64,000 nucleotides of DNA from NCBI GenBank assembly GCA_964564015.1, contig CAZLZR010000013.1:18252-82251 (forward strand). Direction: 5' to 3'. Positions 48,084-58,456 of the stretch are shown here, piece by piece. The number at the start of each line of letters is the position of its first letter. The first letter of the stretch is position 1. This DNA is from an uncultured Acetivibrio sp. Lineage in GTDB: Bacteria > Bacillota > Clostridia > Acetivibrionales > Acetivibrionaceae. The position numbers and the translations under genes were made by a program. The notes below the pieces were generated by a model that was not told the origin of the DNA, made no database searches, and saw only the letters and a program-made list of their open reading frames with translations.

Positions 48084-50108
48084 ATGAGACTTGGGGATAT
48101 GGGTGTTGCAATTTTAATAGTTTCCATAATATTAATAATGATTATTCCTATCCCTGCGGTATTGCTTGACGTGTTTCTTGCATTGAATATAGCAATTTCA
48201 CTGGTAATTCTTCTTAATGTAATATACTCAAAAGAAGCTCTACAGATGTCGATATTTCCTTCACTATTGCTCTTTACAACCATTTACCGGCTTTCACTCA
48301 ATATTAAATCCACGACTCTTGTCCTGGCAAAAGGTGAAGCCGGCGAAGTAATAAAGGGATTCGGCAAATTTGTAGCGCAGGATAATCTGGTAGTTGGATT
48401 TATAGTTTTCCTGATTATTACCATAGTACAGTTCCTTGTTATCACAAAGGGAACAGAAAGAGTATCAGAGGTTGCAGCAAGATTTACACTTGATGCAATG
48501 CCCGGTAAGCAGATGGCAATAGATGCAGACCTTAATGCAGGGCTTATTAATGAAGCTGAGGCAAAAGAAAGAAGAAAAAAGGTTCAAAGGGAAGCAGATT
48601 TTTACGGGGCAATGGATGGTGCTACCAAGTATGTAAAGGGAGATGCTATTGCAGGTATAGTTATTACAGTATTGAATGTAGTGGGTGGACTTATAATAGG
48701 AATAGTAATGAGAGGCGAGGATTTAACCTTTGCATTGGAAAATTACTCAATCCTGACCATCGGAGACGGCCTTGTAAGTCAGATCCCATCACTGCTTATA
48801 TCCTTTGCAACTGGTCTTATAGTTACAAGAGCTGCTTCGGATAATGGCCTCAGTGAGGATCTTAGGAATCAGATATTATATAACCCAAAGGTATTCTTTA
48901 TAGCTGCAGGATTTTGTGCACTGTTGTCTTTTCCTTTGGCAACCATACCGTTTCTGGCATTGGCAGCCTTGTTTGTTTTCCTGGGGCTGAGGCTGATGAA
49001 AATGGAACAACAGGAGCAACAACATGAAGAGACCCAGATAGAAGAAAAAGAAGTTGAAGAGATAAGAAAGCCCGAAAATGTTGTCAATTTACTGCAGGTT
49101 GACCCTATAGAACTTGAATTCGGATATGGAATCATTCCCCTGGCTGATGTAAATCAGGGTGGGGATTTACTTGATAGAGTAGTAATGATAAGAAGACAGT
49201 TGGCACTTGAGCTTGGAATGATTGTTCCGATTATAAGATTAAGGGACAATATACAACTCAGTCCAAACGAATATGTGATAAAGATCAAAGGTGTTGAGGT
49301 GGCAACCGGTGAGATCATGCTAGACCACTTTATTGCAATGAGCCCCGGGGTTATTGAAGAAGAAATAGAAGGAATAAAGACAACTGAACCGGCTTTTGGC
49401 TTACCGGCCGTCTGGATCAGTGAAGCTCAAAGAGATAAGGCAGAGATGCTCGGATATACAGTTGTTGATCCGCCATCCATTATTGCAACACACCTTACGG
49501 AAATAGTGAAAGCCCATGCACATGAACTGACAGGCAGACAGGAAATTCAGACAATTATCGAAAAGGTTAAAGAGAATTATCCTGCAATAGTTGACGAACT
49601 TGTACCAAAAGTTATGACTATAGGAGAAATTCAGAAAGTTGTTGCAAACCTTTTAAAAGAAGGGGTTTCAATAAGGGATATTGTAACGATACTTGAGACG
49701 CTTGCAGATTATGCTCCGGTTACACATGATACCGATATGCTGACTGAGTATGTGAGACAAGCTCTAGGCCGGGCAATATCCAAAAAGTTCATCAGGGATA
49801 AAAAATCCAACGTAATAACCTTGGATCCAAAGGTTGAACAGATAATACTTGATTCGGTACAGAGAACGGAACATGGGGCATATTTAACCTTGGAGCCAAA
49901 TACTACAAATTCAATAATAAGCAGCCTGTCTAATCAGGTTCAAAGACTTTTAAAGCTCGGACAGCAGCCTATAGTACTGGCTTCACCCATTGTCAGACTT
50001 TACTTTAGAAGGCTTACAGAGCAAGCGATACCAGGTTTGGTAGTATTATCATATAATGAGCTTGATCCGCATTTAGAGGTTCAATCAGTTGGGATGGTGA
50101 GTATATAA
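48084..50108 (+). CDS. flhA: Flagellar export apparatus protein FlhA
   Basis: 674 aa, FHIPEP family. Motifs FPSLLLFTTIYRLSLNIKSTTLVL and RFTLDAMPGKQMAIDADLNAG, plus a large cytoplasmic C-terminal domain. Confidence 0.97.
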   Translation: MRLGDMGVAILIVSIILIMIIPIPAVLLDVFLALNIAISLVILLNVIYSKEALQMSIFPSLLLFTTIYRLSLNIKSTTLVLAKGEAGEVIKGFGKFVAQDNLVVGFIVFLIITIVQFLVITKGTERVSEVAARFTLDAMPGKQMAIDADLNAGLINEAEAKERRKKVQREADFYGAMDGATKYVKGDAIAGIVITVLNVVGGLIIGIVMRGEDLTFALENYSILTIGDGLVSQIPSLLISFATGLIVTRAASDNGLSEDLRNQILYNPKVFFIAAGFCALLSFPLATIPFLALAALFVFLGLRLMKMEQQEQQHEETQIEEKEVEEIRKPENVVNLLQVDPIELEFGYGIIPLADVNQGGDLLDRVVMIRRQLALELGMIVPIIRLRDNIQLSPNEYVIKIKGVEVATGEIMLDHFIAMSPGVIEEEIEGIKTTEPAFGLPAVWISEAQRDKAEMLGYTVVDPPSIIATHLTEIVKAHAHELTGRQEIQTIIEKVKENYPAIVDELVPKVMTIGEIQKVVANLLKEGVSIRDIVTILETLADYAPVTHDTDMLTEYVRQALGRAISKKFIRDKKSNVITLDPKVEQIILDSVQRTEHGAYLTLEPNTTNSIISSLSNQVQRLLKLGQQPIVLASPIVRLYFRRLTEQAIPGLVVLSYNELDPHLEVQSVGMVSI

Positions 50109-50109
50109 T

Positions 50110-51294
50110 ATGAAGATAAGACGATATATGGGAAAAGATACTCAGGAGGCCATATTAAAAGTTAAAATGGATCTTGGGAATGATGCCGTAATTTTAAACA
50201 CAAGAAAGGTAAAACAGAAGGGGATGTTTAATGTATTTGCCAAGCCCATGGTTGAGGTGCTTGCTGCGGTAGATGAGTTTTGTGGTACAAAAAGCAAAAA
50301 AGATTTTCCAAGAAGCGGAGTTAAAACGCTAATACAAGAAAAAAATGTAGAAGAACAAAGTAATTTGAAAGAAAAAGAGGAAAAGCTAGCTTTGTTGGAG
50401 AATAAAGTAAACAATATGGAATCCGTACTCCAAAAAATATATGAACAAGTCAGTCATGGAAATCAAAAAACTGCTGATAAAGTCATTCAGTCTGAGGAAA
50501 ACCCGAAAACAAAAGCTTCAGAACTTTTCTATAATAATTTGTTAAAAAATGAAGTTGAAAATGATATCGCAAAACAGTTAATTGATATTATACAAGGAAA
50601 GATTAGGGATAATGCAAATATTAATGATACCGGAGCAATACTTTATAACATGGTATCAGGGATACTTGGTAAACCGGAGGTCCTTAAGCTGAGGGAAGAT
50701 GGCAAACCTACAGTAGTCATATTTGTTGGGCCTACAGGAGTAGGCAAGACAACTACTTTGGCTAAAATTGCAGCAAATTATTCCTTGAATCATAAAAAGA
50801 AGGTCGGGCTTATAACAGCCGATACCTACAGAATAGCAGCAGTAGAACAACTTAAGACTTATGCTGAGATACTTGGGATGCCTGTGGAAGTCATTTATTC
50901 TATAAATGAAATAAATGACGCGAAAGACAAGTATCAGGATAAGGACATAATTCTGATTGATACAGCCGGGAGAAGCTATAGAAACAAATCTCAGTTTGAT
51001 GAACTGAAAATGCTGGTTGATGCATCCCATGCGGATGAAGTGTTCCTCGTGCTTAGTACGACTACGGGAGTAAGAAATTGCAGGGATATATTGCAAAGTT
51101 ATGATTTCCTTAAAGATTACAAGCTTATTTTCACAAAACTCGATGAGACACCTGCCCTTGGAGTTATCCTCAATGCAAGGCGGTTGACCAATAAAAGTTT
51201 GTCTTATGTTACTATCGGACAGAGTGTGCCTGATGATATTGAAGTTGCAAATGTCGATAAAATCACAAAAAATCTATTAGGGAGCATTAAGTAG
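50110..51294 (+). CDS. flhF: Flagellar SRP-type GTPase FlhF
   Basis: G1 VGPTGVGKTTTLAKIA, DTAGR, TKLDET motifs. Confidence 0.93.
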   Translation: MKIRRYMGKDTQEAILKVKMDLGNDAVILNTRKVKQKGMFNVFAKPMVEVLAAVDEFCGTKSKKDFPRSGVKTLIQEKNVEEQSNLKEKEEKLALLENKVNNMESVLQKIYEQVSHGNQKTADKVIQSEENPKTKASELFYNNLLKNEVENDIAKQLIDIIQGKIRDNANINDTGAILYNMVSGILGKPEVLKLREDGKPTVVIFVGPTGVGKTTTLAKIAANYSLNHKKKVGLITADTYRIAAVEQLKTYAEILGMPVEVIYSINEINDAKDKYQDKDIILIDTAGRSYRNKSQFDELKMLVDASHADEVFLVLSTTTGVRNCRDILQSYDFLKDYKLIFTKLDETPALGVILNARRLTNKSLSYVTIGQSVPDDIEVANVDKITKNLLGSIK

Positions 51295-52206
51295 ATGATG
51301 GATCAGGCAGAAAAACTAAGGCAAATAATTGATAATCTAAAATTGAGACAGGCTGTAAGTCAGGCTAATCTCCTTAACACACTGAGAAAGAAATCTGCCA
51401 AGGTTATAACTGTTACCAGTGGCAAGGGTGGTGTGGGAAAGACCAATGTTACAGTTAATCTTGCTATCGCGCTTAGTGAGATGGGAAAGCGCGTTACAAT
51501 TTTAGATGCGGATTTCGGCCTTGCCAATATTGATGTGTTGCTGGGGATAGTTCCTAAATACACACTTGTAGATGTAATATATGATAATAAGAACATATTG
51601 GAAGTACTGTCAGACGGACCTAAAAATATAAGGTTTATATCAGGAGGCTCAGGAGTCGAAGAACTCGTAAAACTTGATCGGATCCAGCTTGAAAAGTTCC
51701 TTGGGAACATATCAATACTGGACAGGCTATCCGATGTAATACTTATAGATACCGGTGCAGGACTTTCGGATAGTGTTATGAGTTTTGTAATGGCAGCAGA
51801 TGAGGTTCTTCTTGTGACAACTCCCGAACCTACTTCCGTAACCGATGCTTATGCATTGATTAAGATGGTGTCTAACAGGGATAAGGAAAAGAAAATCAGA
51901 GTGATTGTAAACAGAGCAGAAAATGAAAATGAAGCTAATGATATACTTGAAAAGCTGTCAATAGTGACAGATAAATTTCTGGAATTGAAGTTAGAACCTT
52001 TAGGTTACATACTTAATGATGAAATGGTTATTAAGGCGGTAAAAATGCAGCGACCCTTTGCACTTAGTTTTCCGAAGTGCCAGGCATCAAAGCATATTAA
52101 AGAAATCAGCTCAAAGATTATTGATAGCAGGAATGATAAGTCTGGTGCTGAGTATACGGGAATTAAAAGCTTTGTTCAAAGATTGGTAAGTTTATTGAAT
52201 ACATAA
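51295..52206 (+). CDS. flhG: MinD/ParA-type ATPase FlhG (YlxH)
   Basis: Deviant Walker A SGKGGVGKTN. Position after flhF. Confidence 0.92.
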   Translation: MMDQAEKLRQIIDNLKLRQAVSQANLLNTLRKKSAKVITVTSGKGGVGKTNVTVNLAIALSEMGKRVTILDADFGLANIDVLLGIVPKYTLVDVIYDNKNILEVLSDGPKNIRFISGGSGVEELVKLDRIQLEKFLGNISILDRLSDVILIDTGAGLSDSVMSFVMAADEVLLVTTPEPTSVTDAYALIKMVSNRDKEKKIRVIVNRAENENEANDILEKLSIVTDKFLELKLEPLGYILNDEMVIKAVKMQRPFALSFPKCQASKHIKEISSKIIDSRNDKSGAEYTGIKSFVQRLVSLLNT

Positions 52207-52275
52207 TATTAAAAGACTTAATCTAATAAAATGTTTAGTATGTTTAGTTACGACTAAAAAATAAGTTTTTGTTTT

Positions 52276-52345
52276 AGATAACGAAAAAACTTGATTTGAT
52301 AATGTTTTCAAAATATGAAAATTAGATATTATTTTTTCGTTATCT
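52276..52345 (+). promoter_or_regulatory. 14-bp perfect stem enclosing a 42-nt loop in the flhG-PilZ spacer
   Basis: agataacgaaaaaa (52276-52289) pairs with ttttttcgttatct (52332-52345). The loop contains a possible ttgatt-17-tatgaa promoter-like match. There is no downstream U-tract. Confidence 0.4.
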
Positions 52346-52383
52346 CTTACTTCCGTTGTTTATAAACTAATGGAGGGTAAAAA

Positions 52384-53055
52384 ATGAAATTAAACGAATT
52401 GAGCATGGGATTAAAACTTGAATTACAGCTTATCGGAAATGACGGAAGAAGAATTGATAGGCCCTTTGTCAGTGAGTTTGAATGGGCTGTGGGAAATGAT
52501 ATTGCATTTATAGCTGCTCCTATAGCTGAAGGACGGTTGTATCCTGTACAAATAGGCACCATAGTAGCCGTATCGTTTATAAAAGATAATGGCCTCTATG
52601 AATTTGAAGCATTGGTTGTAGATAGGGAAAGTAAGCATAATCTGGCACTTCTGAAGGTTCAGACACGCGGACAGATCGAAAAGATCCAAAGACGAGAGTT
52701 TTTCAGGTTTGATTGTTGTATACCTGTTAATTATAGAGAGTTTGATTTGACAAAAGAGAAAATTGACACAGATAAAAAATTTGTAGATACGGTAACCAGG
52801 GATTTGAGCGGCGGAGGATTGTGCATGAGGCTTAAGGAACCGGTTGAAGTAAATAAACTGCTCGAATGCGAATTGTTTATTCCAGATAGAGTGAGCTTTA
52901 TCGGAAGAGTAGTAAGGTTTACAAAATATGATACCTTACAGGGAAGTTATAGATTTGAAATAGGTGTTATTTTTGAAAATATAGACAAGATTGGAAGAGA
53001 AAAGGTTATTAGCTATATATTCCAGGAGCAGAGAAAACTTTTAAAAAAGGGTTGA
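52384..53055 (+). CDS. YcgR/MotI-like PilZ-domain c-di-GMP receptor
   Basis: 223 aa with an N-terminal PilZN-like beta-barrel region. PilZ signature motifs RxxxR (QRREFFRF) and D/NxSxxG (RDLSGGG). RBS ggaggg. Confidence 0.85.
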   Translation: MKLNELSMGLKLELQLIGNDGRRIDRPFVSEFEWAVGNDIAFIAAPIAEGRLYPVQIGTIVAVSFIKDNGLYEFEALVVDRESKHNLALLKVQTRGQIEKIQRREFFRFDCCIPVNYREFDLTKEKIDTDKKFVDTVTRDLSGGGLCMRLKEPVEVNKLLECELFIPDRVSFIGRVVRFTKYDTLQGSYRFEIGVIFENIDKIGREKVISYIFQEQRKLLKKG

Positions 53056-53064
53056 TCTATTACT

Positions 53065-54132
53065 ATGGAGAAATATTACGAAAAAAAAATCAGAGTGCTG
53101 GTTGTTGATGACTCGGCCTTTATGAGAAAAGTTATTTCTGATATTCTCGACGGTGATGAAGATATTGAGGTGGTAGATACTGCAAAAAACGGTTTTGATG
53201 CTATCGAAAAGGTTAGAGAATTAAGGCCGGATGTAATAACCCTCGATGTGAAAATGCCTGGTATGGATGGGTTGGCGTGTCTTAAGGAACTGAATAAAAT
53301 TGGCAAAACACCTGTTGTTATGCTGAGCAGTGTTACGAAAGAGGGGGCAGAAGCAACTATTCAGGCACTTGCTGATGGAGCGATTGATTTTATAACAAAA
53401 CCATCAAATATATTTGAAATGAATGGAGTAGAAAAAAGTAAAGAGATAATTGAAAAGATTAAAATAGCTAACAACTTGTCAAAGAATTTTTACAGTACTG
53501 AAAAACATAAAGTTAGAAACAAGAATGTTAATAATGGCGACAGTAATGTTCAAAACCTTGTGTTGATTGGAACATCAACAGGGGGGCCTAAAGCACTTCA
53601 GGATGTCATTCCTCTGATACCTGAAAACGTAAACGCAGCATTTCTGATAGTCCAACATATGCCGGCAGGATTTACTAAATCTTTAGCTGAAAGGCTCGAT
53701 AATATAAGCAAGATAAATGTAAAGGAAGCTGAGGATAGTGAAGTGATAAGAACGGGGTATGTATACATTGCACCGGGAGATTACCATATGATTGTGGAAA
53801 AACATGTTGAAAACACCTTGAAAATTAAACTGACTAAAGACCCCCCTTTAGGAGGGCACAGGCCTTCGGTGGATATAATGTTTGAGTCGGTTTCAAATAC
53901 AGGATTTAAGAATATTGTAGCAGCAATAATGACTGGAATGGGTGGGGATGGAAGCGAAGGTGTAAAAATATTGAAGAAGATAAATGGTGCACATATAATT
54001 GCTCAGGATGAAGCTTCATGCGTTGTTTTTGGAATGCCAAGGGTAGCAATTCTTACCGGAGTTGTGGATATCGTAACACCACTTAAGGAAATTTCTAACG
54101 AGATTATGAAAATTGTGGGGGTGCACAAATAA
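53065..54132 (+). CDS. cheB: Chemotaxis methylesterase/response regulator CheB
   Basis: Receiver domain (VLVVDDSAFMR...ITLDVKMPGMDG) plus esterase domain (IGTSTGGPKAL, HMPAGFT, GMGGDG). Confidence 0.95.
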   Translation: MEKYYEKKIRVLVVDDSAFMRKVISDILDGDEDIEVVDTAKNGFDAIEKVRELRPDVITLDVKMPGMDGLACLKELNKIGKTPVVMLSSVTKEGAEATIQALADGAIDFITKPSNIFEMNGVEKSKEIIEKIKIANNLSKNFYSTEKHKVRNKNVNNGDSNVQNLVLIGTSTGGPKALQDVIPLIPENVNAAFLIVQHMPAGFTKSLAERLDNISKINVKEAEDSEVIRTGYVYIAPGDYHMIVEKHVENTLKIKLTKDPPLGGHRPSVDIMFESVSNTGFKNIVAAIMTGMGGDGSEGVKILKKINGAHIIAQDEASCVVFGMPRVAILTGVVDIVTPLKEISNEIMKIVGVHK

Positions 54133-56222
54133 TGGATATGAGTCAATACTTGGAGATTTTTATTGATGAAACGAAAGAGCACTTGCAAGGATTAAATCAG
54201 TCGCTGCTTCAACTTGAACAAAACCCTCAGGATATATCAATGTTGAATGAGATATTCAGGGTAGCTCATACATTAAAAGGTATGGCTGGCACAATGGGCT
54301 TTAGCAGGATGGCAAAACTGACACATGACATGGAAAATGTCTTGCATGCTTTAAGGAGCAACGAGATTAAAGTAACGTCAGGTCTGGTAGATATATTGTT
54401 TAAGTGCCTTGACGCCCTCGAAAACTATACTGAGAACATTGTGAATACGGGAAACGAAGGGAATAATGACTATAACAATATAATTGCACAACTCAATAAC
54501 GCTGTGAACAAAAAAAATGTTGAACCTGTATCACAGAAGCCGTCAGATGTGCAACAAACCCAAAAGGTTGAAGAAAAAGGTAACGATAATAATCACGCAA
54601 CTGCACAGTTTAAGCTTAACCAATACGAGCAAAATGTTGCCTTCAAGGCAAAAGAGATGGGAATGAATGTATTTAAGATTACAGTGGTTTTAAATAAAGG
54701 CTGTGTTCTTAAGTCGGCACGATCATTTATTATATTCCAGACATTGGAAAGACACTCTGAAATAATTAAATCAGAGCCGAGGGTAGAAGATATTGAGGAT
54801 GAAAAATTCGATTATGAATTTACTGTAGTTTGTGTAACGAAGGAAGATATCGAGGTATTTATAAAAGATATAAATAGTATTGCAGAAATTGATGAAGTTC
54901 TTGTTACAGTTTTAGATTCATCTGATTTTCAGGCAGGTGCTTTGCAGGAGGCTAACACTACAGCAACGCCTAATCCTTCCAGTGAGCAGGATTCGGGTTC
55001 TGAAGATGAAGCTTCCTCAGATAAAAAGCAAGATGAAAATAATCAGGGCGCTTCGGCGCATAAGACAAAAACAGGTAAGACAGTAAGGGTTGATATTGAC
55101 AGGTTAGATGTATTAATGAACCTTGTCAGTGAGCTTATTATAATAAAGACACGGCTGGAAGGTATAGATGGAGGAGAAAGAACCCAGGCATACAGTGAAG
55201 CTGTTGAGTATCTCGAACGTATAACTACAAACCTTCATGATGCTGTTATGAAGGTAAGAATGGTGCCTGTTGAAATGGTGTTTAACAGATTCCCAAGAAT
55301 GATTAGGGATGTTGCAAGAGAGCTCAAAAAAGAGATAGTTCTTAACATGTCAGGTGAGGAAACAGAACTTGACAGAACGGTTATTGACGAAATAGGAGAT
55401 CCTTTGATTCATCTTCTGAGGAACTCTGCAGACCATGGAATTGAGTCGATTGAAAAAAGAAAAGAGATGGGAAAGAGTGCCGCAGGTCAGATCAACCTTA
55501 GGGCATATCAGGATGGTAACAACGTTGTAATTGAGGTTGATGACGACGGGCAGGGAATAAATCTTGAAAAAGTAAAGAAGAAAGCAATTGAAAGGGGCCT
55601 TGTAAAAAAGGATATCGCAAATACCCTCACACAGAAGGACATAATAGACTTTTTGTTTAAACCGTCTTTCAGTACACAGGAACAAATAACCGATTTGTCT
55701 GGAAGAGGAGTTGGTTTGGATGTTGTAAAAACCAAGATTGAGCAACTTGGAGGAGTTGTTGAAGTTGAGACCGAGGCTGGTAAAGGCAGTAAATTTATAA
55801 TAAGACTACCGCTTACATTGGCTATTATACAGGCTCTACTAGTAATAATCGGTGAGGAGAAGTATGCGATTCCTTTATCAAGTACCAAGGAAATAATAAA
55901 GATCACACCTGATCAGATAATGATGATACAGAAAAAAGAAGTAATTATGATAAGAAATACTGTTATTCCAATTGTAAGGCTTGACCAGATTCTGGATGTA
56001 CCTAAAGATGAGACAAAGATCCCGAAACAATTAACTGTTGTAATTGTTAAGAAAGGCGAACGTTTATCAGGTTTTGTGGTAGATTCACTAATCGGACAAC
56101 AGGAAATTGTTATCAAGTCTCTAGGAAAACTTCTTTCCGGAATCAAGTGTATTGCCGGTGCTACCATACTTGGAGACGGAAATGTTGCAATGATCCTGGA
56201 TGTAAATTCACTAGCTATATAG
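54132..56222 (+). CDS. cheA: Chemotaxis histidine kinase CheA
   Basis: Hpt HTLKGMAGTMGF, dimerisation domain, HATPase (DPLIHLLRNSADHGIE, DDGQGI, GRGVGLDVV), C-terminal CheW-like domain. 1-nt overlap with the cheB stop. Confidence 0.97.
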   Translation: MDMSQYLEIFIDETKEHLQGLNQSLLQLEQNPQDISMLNEIFRVAHTLKGMAGTMGFSRMAKLTHDMENVLHALRSNEIKVTSGLVDILFKCLDALENYTENIVNTGNEGNNDYNNIIAQLNNAVNKKNVEPVSQKPSDVQQTQKVEEKGNDNNHATAQFKLNQYEQNVAFKAKEMGMNVFKITVVLNKGCVLKSARSFIIFQTLERHSEIIKSEPRVEDIEDEKFDYEFTVVCVTKEDIEVFIKDINSIAEIDEVLVTVLDSSDFQAGALQEANTTATPNPSSEQDSGSEDEASSDKKQDENNQGASAHKTKTGKTVRVDIDRLDVLMNLVSELIIIKTRLEGIDGGERTQAYSEAVEYLERITTNLHDAVMKVRMVPVEMVFNRFPRMIRDVARELKKEIVLNMSGEETELDRTVIDEIGDPLIHLLRNSADHGIESIEKRKEMGKSAAGQINLRAYQDGNNVVIEVDDDGQGINLEKVKKKAIERGLVKKDIANTLTQKDIIDFLFKPSFSTQEQITDLSGRGVGLDVVKTKIEQLGGVVEVETEAGKGSKFIIRLPLTLAIIQALLVIIGEEKYAIPLSSTKEIIKITPDQIMMIQKKEVIMIRNTVIPIVRLDQILDVPKDETKIPKQLTVVIVKKGERLSGFVVDSLIGQQEIVIKSLGKLLSGIKCIAGATILGDGNVAMILDVNSLAI

Positions 56223-56237
56223 GAAGGAGTTGTAATA

Positions 56238-56702
56238 ATGGAAGACGTTATAAACGTTGAAGGAAAGCAATATGTCGTGTTTATGATAGGCAAGGAAAAC
56301 TATGGTGTTGACATTCAAAAGGTAACGACTATAGAAAAGATGATGCCATTTGCAAGAGTGCCAAAAACTCCTGATTATGTAAAAGGTGTAATAAATTTAA
56401 GAGGAGAAATTGTACCTGTAATAGACATAAGAACGAAGTTTGGGATGGAAATAACAGAAGAGACAGAAGAAACAAGAATAATAATTTTAAAGATCAATGA
56501 AATTTCATTGGGCATAATTGTTGACGAAGTGGATGAGGTACTGAACCTGACTGAGGAGTCTATTGAGAATGTGGCAAACTTTACTAATGATTTGTCAATG
56601 GATTATATTCTGGGAGTTGGCAAGGTTGACGGAAGAATAGTTACTTTGTTAAATCTTGAGAAACTTGCAGATATATCCGAAAATAATGAGCGGGGAGAGT
56701 AG
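56238..56702 (+). CDS. cheW: Chemotaxis coupling protein CheW
   Basis: 154 aa. YVVFMIGKENYGVDIQKVTTI, VKGVINLRGEIVPVIDIR, LGIIVDEVDEVL. Confidence 0.95.
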   Translation: MEDVINVEGKQYVVFMIGKENYGVDIQKVTTIEKMMPFARVPKTPDYVKGVINLRGEIVPVIDIRTKFGMEITEETEETRIIILKINEISLGIIVDEVDEVLNLTEESIENVANFTNDLSMDYILGVGKVDGRIVTLLNLEKLADISENNERGE

Positions 56703-56706
56703 TGCT

Positions 56707-57327
56707 ATGGCCGTAAATTTTGACAACCTCAACAATTATCATATTGATGTTCTAAAGGAGATTGGAAATATCGGTGCAGGTAATGCTGCAACTGCTCTTG
56801 CAAAAATGCTTAATAAAAAGATTGATATGGAAGTGCCGAAAGTAAAGGTAATGGAATTTAAAGAAGTGAATGAAATGTTAGGTGGTGCAGAGTTACCTGT
56901 TGTAGGTTTGCTCTTAAAGGTGACCGGTGATCTTACCGGAAGTATAATGTTTATTTTGGAAAATAATGCTGCCCATGCTCTTGTAAATATTCTTATGGGA
57001 AAACCGATTGAGAACAGACAGGACTTTGATGAGATTGAAATGTCTGCTTTGAAAGAACTTGGGAATATCCTTGCAGGTTCTTATTTGTCATCTATGTCAT
57101 CTCTTACTGGACTAAACATCCTTCCGACGGTACCGGAAATTGCGATTGATATGGCAGGGGCGATTATAAGTGTTCCTGCAATTGAGTTTGGAAAGCTTGG
57201 AGATACTGTTTTGTATATAGAAACAGAGTTTATTGAAGGTACTACAAAGGTGTTGGGGGATTTCTTTATGGTCCCTGACATGGATTCGTATGAAGTGCTA
57301 TTAAGGGCATTAGGGGTTGTAGGCTAA
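56707..57327 (+). CDS. cheC: CheY-P phosphatase CheC
   Basis: Duplicated CheC motifs EIGNIGAGNAATALAKML and ELGNILAGSYLSSMS. Start at the ATG after ggggagag; the ORF-track start 56656 overlaps cheW. Confidence 0.92.
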   Translation: MAVNFDNLNNYHIDVLKEIGNIGAGNAATALAKMLNKKIDMEVPKVKVMEFKEVNEMLGGAELPVVGLLLKVTGDLTGSIMFILENNAAHALVNILMGKPIENRQDFDEIEMSALKELGNILAGSYLSSMSSLTGLNILPTVPEIAIDMAGAIISVPAIEFGKLGDTVLYIETEFIEGTTKVLGDFFMVPDMDSYEVLLRALGVVG

Positions 57328-57812
57328 TGGAGAATACAATAAAGGTTGGTATGGCTGATTTGCAAGCTGCACGTCATCCCGCTGTATTAACAACATTAGG
57401 TTTGGGTTCATGTGTTGGCATAGCTTTATATGACAGAAGTACTCTGGTAATTGGACTGGCTCATGCCATGCTTCCGGATAGTACCCAGGCCAAAAATGTT
57501 TCAAATACTGCAAAGTTTGTAGATTCTGCAATTATTGCACTCATTGATGAAATGGTCAAGTTGGGGGCAAATAAGAGCAAAATAGTTGCGAAACTTGCAG
57601 GCGGGGCACAGATGTTCAGTTTTTCTCAGTCCTCAGACTTATTGAGGATTGGCTTAAGAAATGTTTTGGCTGCTAAGGAAAGGCTTGAATATCTTGGAAT
57701 TCCTATTCTTTCTGAGGACACAGGCGGAAATTATGGGAGAACAATTGAACTTATGTCCACTAACGGGGCTTTACTGATAAAAACAATAGGATATGGAGTA
57801 AAGGAGATATAG
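57327..57812 (+). CDS. cheD: Chemoreceptor glutamine deamidase CheD
   Basis: 161 aa. LGSCVGIALYD with the catalytic Cys, AHAMLP. 1-nt overlap with the cheC stop. Confidence 0.93.
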   Translation: MENTIKVGMADLQAARHPAVLTTLGLGSCVGIALYDRSTLVIGLAHAMLPDSTQAKNVSNTAKFVDSAIIALIDEMVKLGANKSKIVAKLAGGAQMFSFSQSSDLLRIGLRNVLAAKERLEYLGIPILSEDTGGNYGRTIELMSTNGALLIKTIGYGVKEI

Positions 57813-57988
57813 TTGGCCGGATAAAGTATTTATAAAAAAACCAGAGTTAATCTATATAGCAGGTAGTTTATATTTGGTTTTGGAGTTTGTTGTTTAGAGT
57901 GTTCATAGCTAAATAAATATTATTTAAGGGTGTAGATATGGTGAATTGGTTGTATATGACAATAAACATCCTTAGAGGGGAATCTGAA

Positions 57989-58405
57989 ATGGATTATGTC
58001 CATAAGCTGCCATTTATTTTAGGTGCTTCAATGGCTATTCTAATTGGAGCTATAAGTAATCGGAGTGGTGTTGAATCTAAAACGATCTACATAAGGATGT
58101 CTTTGGGTTTGGTTGCCTTTTTTATTCTGGGACTCTATATTAGATGTTTAATTTATAAGATTAATGGGGAAATAAAAAGAAAGAAGAATAAGGAAGAACT
58201 GAAATTAAAGATTGAATTGGAAAAAGCGCGGATGAGCAAAACTGAAAAGCACAGTGTTGATTACAGAGTTGATGATAACAGTTTTGAAATGGATATAAAC
58301 CCTGATTTAGACGAGAAATTATATGATGAAGAGTTTACACCACTAAGTGTTAATAGTGTCACTGTTGACAAGGATAGTAAAGATATCGGGCAGAAATATC
58401 TTTAG
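57989..58405 (+). CDS. Hypothetical two-TM membrane protein with charged coiled tail, in-operon before sigD
   Basis: ORF with RBS agagggg before the ATG at 57989. TM segments LPFILGASMAILIGAI and MSLGLVAFFILGLYI, then KRKKNKEELKLKIELEKAR. No recognised family. Confidence 0.55.
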   Translation: MDYVHKLPFILGASMAILIGAISNRSGVESKTIYIRMSLGLVAFFILGLYIRCLIYKINGEIKRKKNKEELKLKIELEKARMSKTEKHSVDYRVDDNSFEMDINPDLDEKLYDEEFTPLSVNSVTVDKDSKDIGQKYL

Positions 58406-58456
58406 TTTGAAGTAGGGAAATATATATAAAAATATATGGGCAATGGGGGATTTTAA

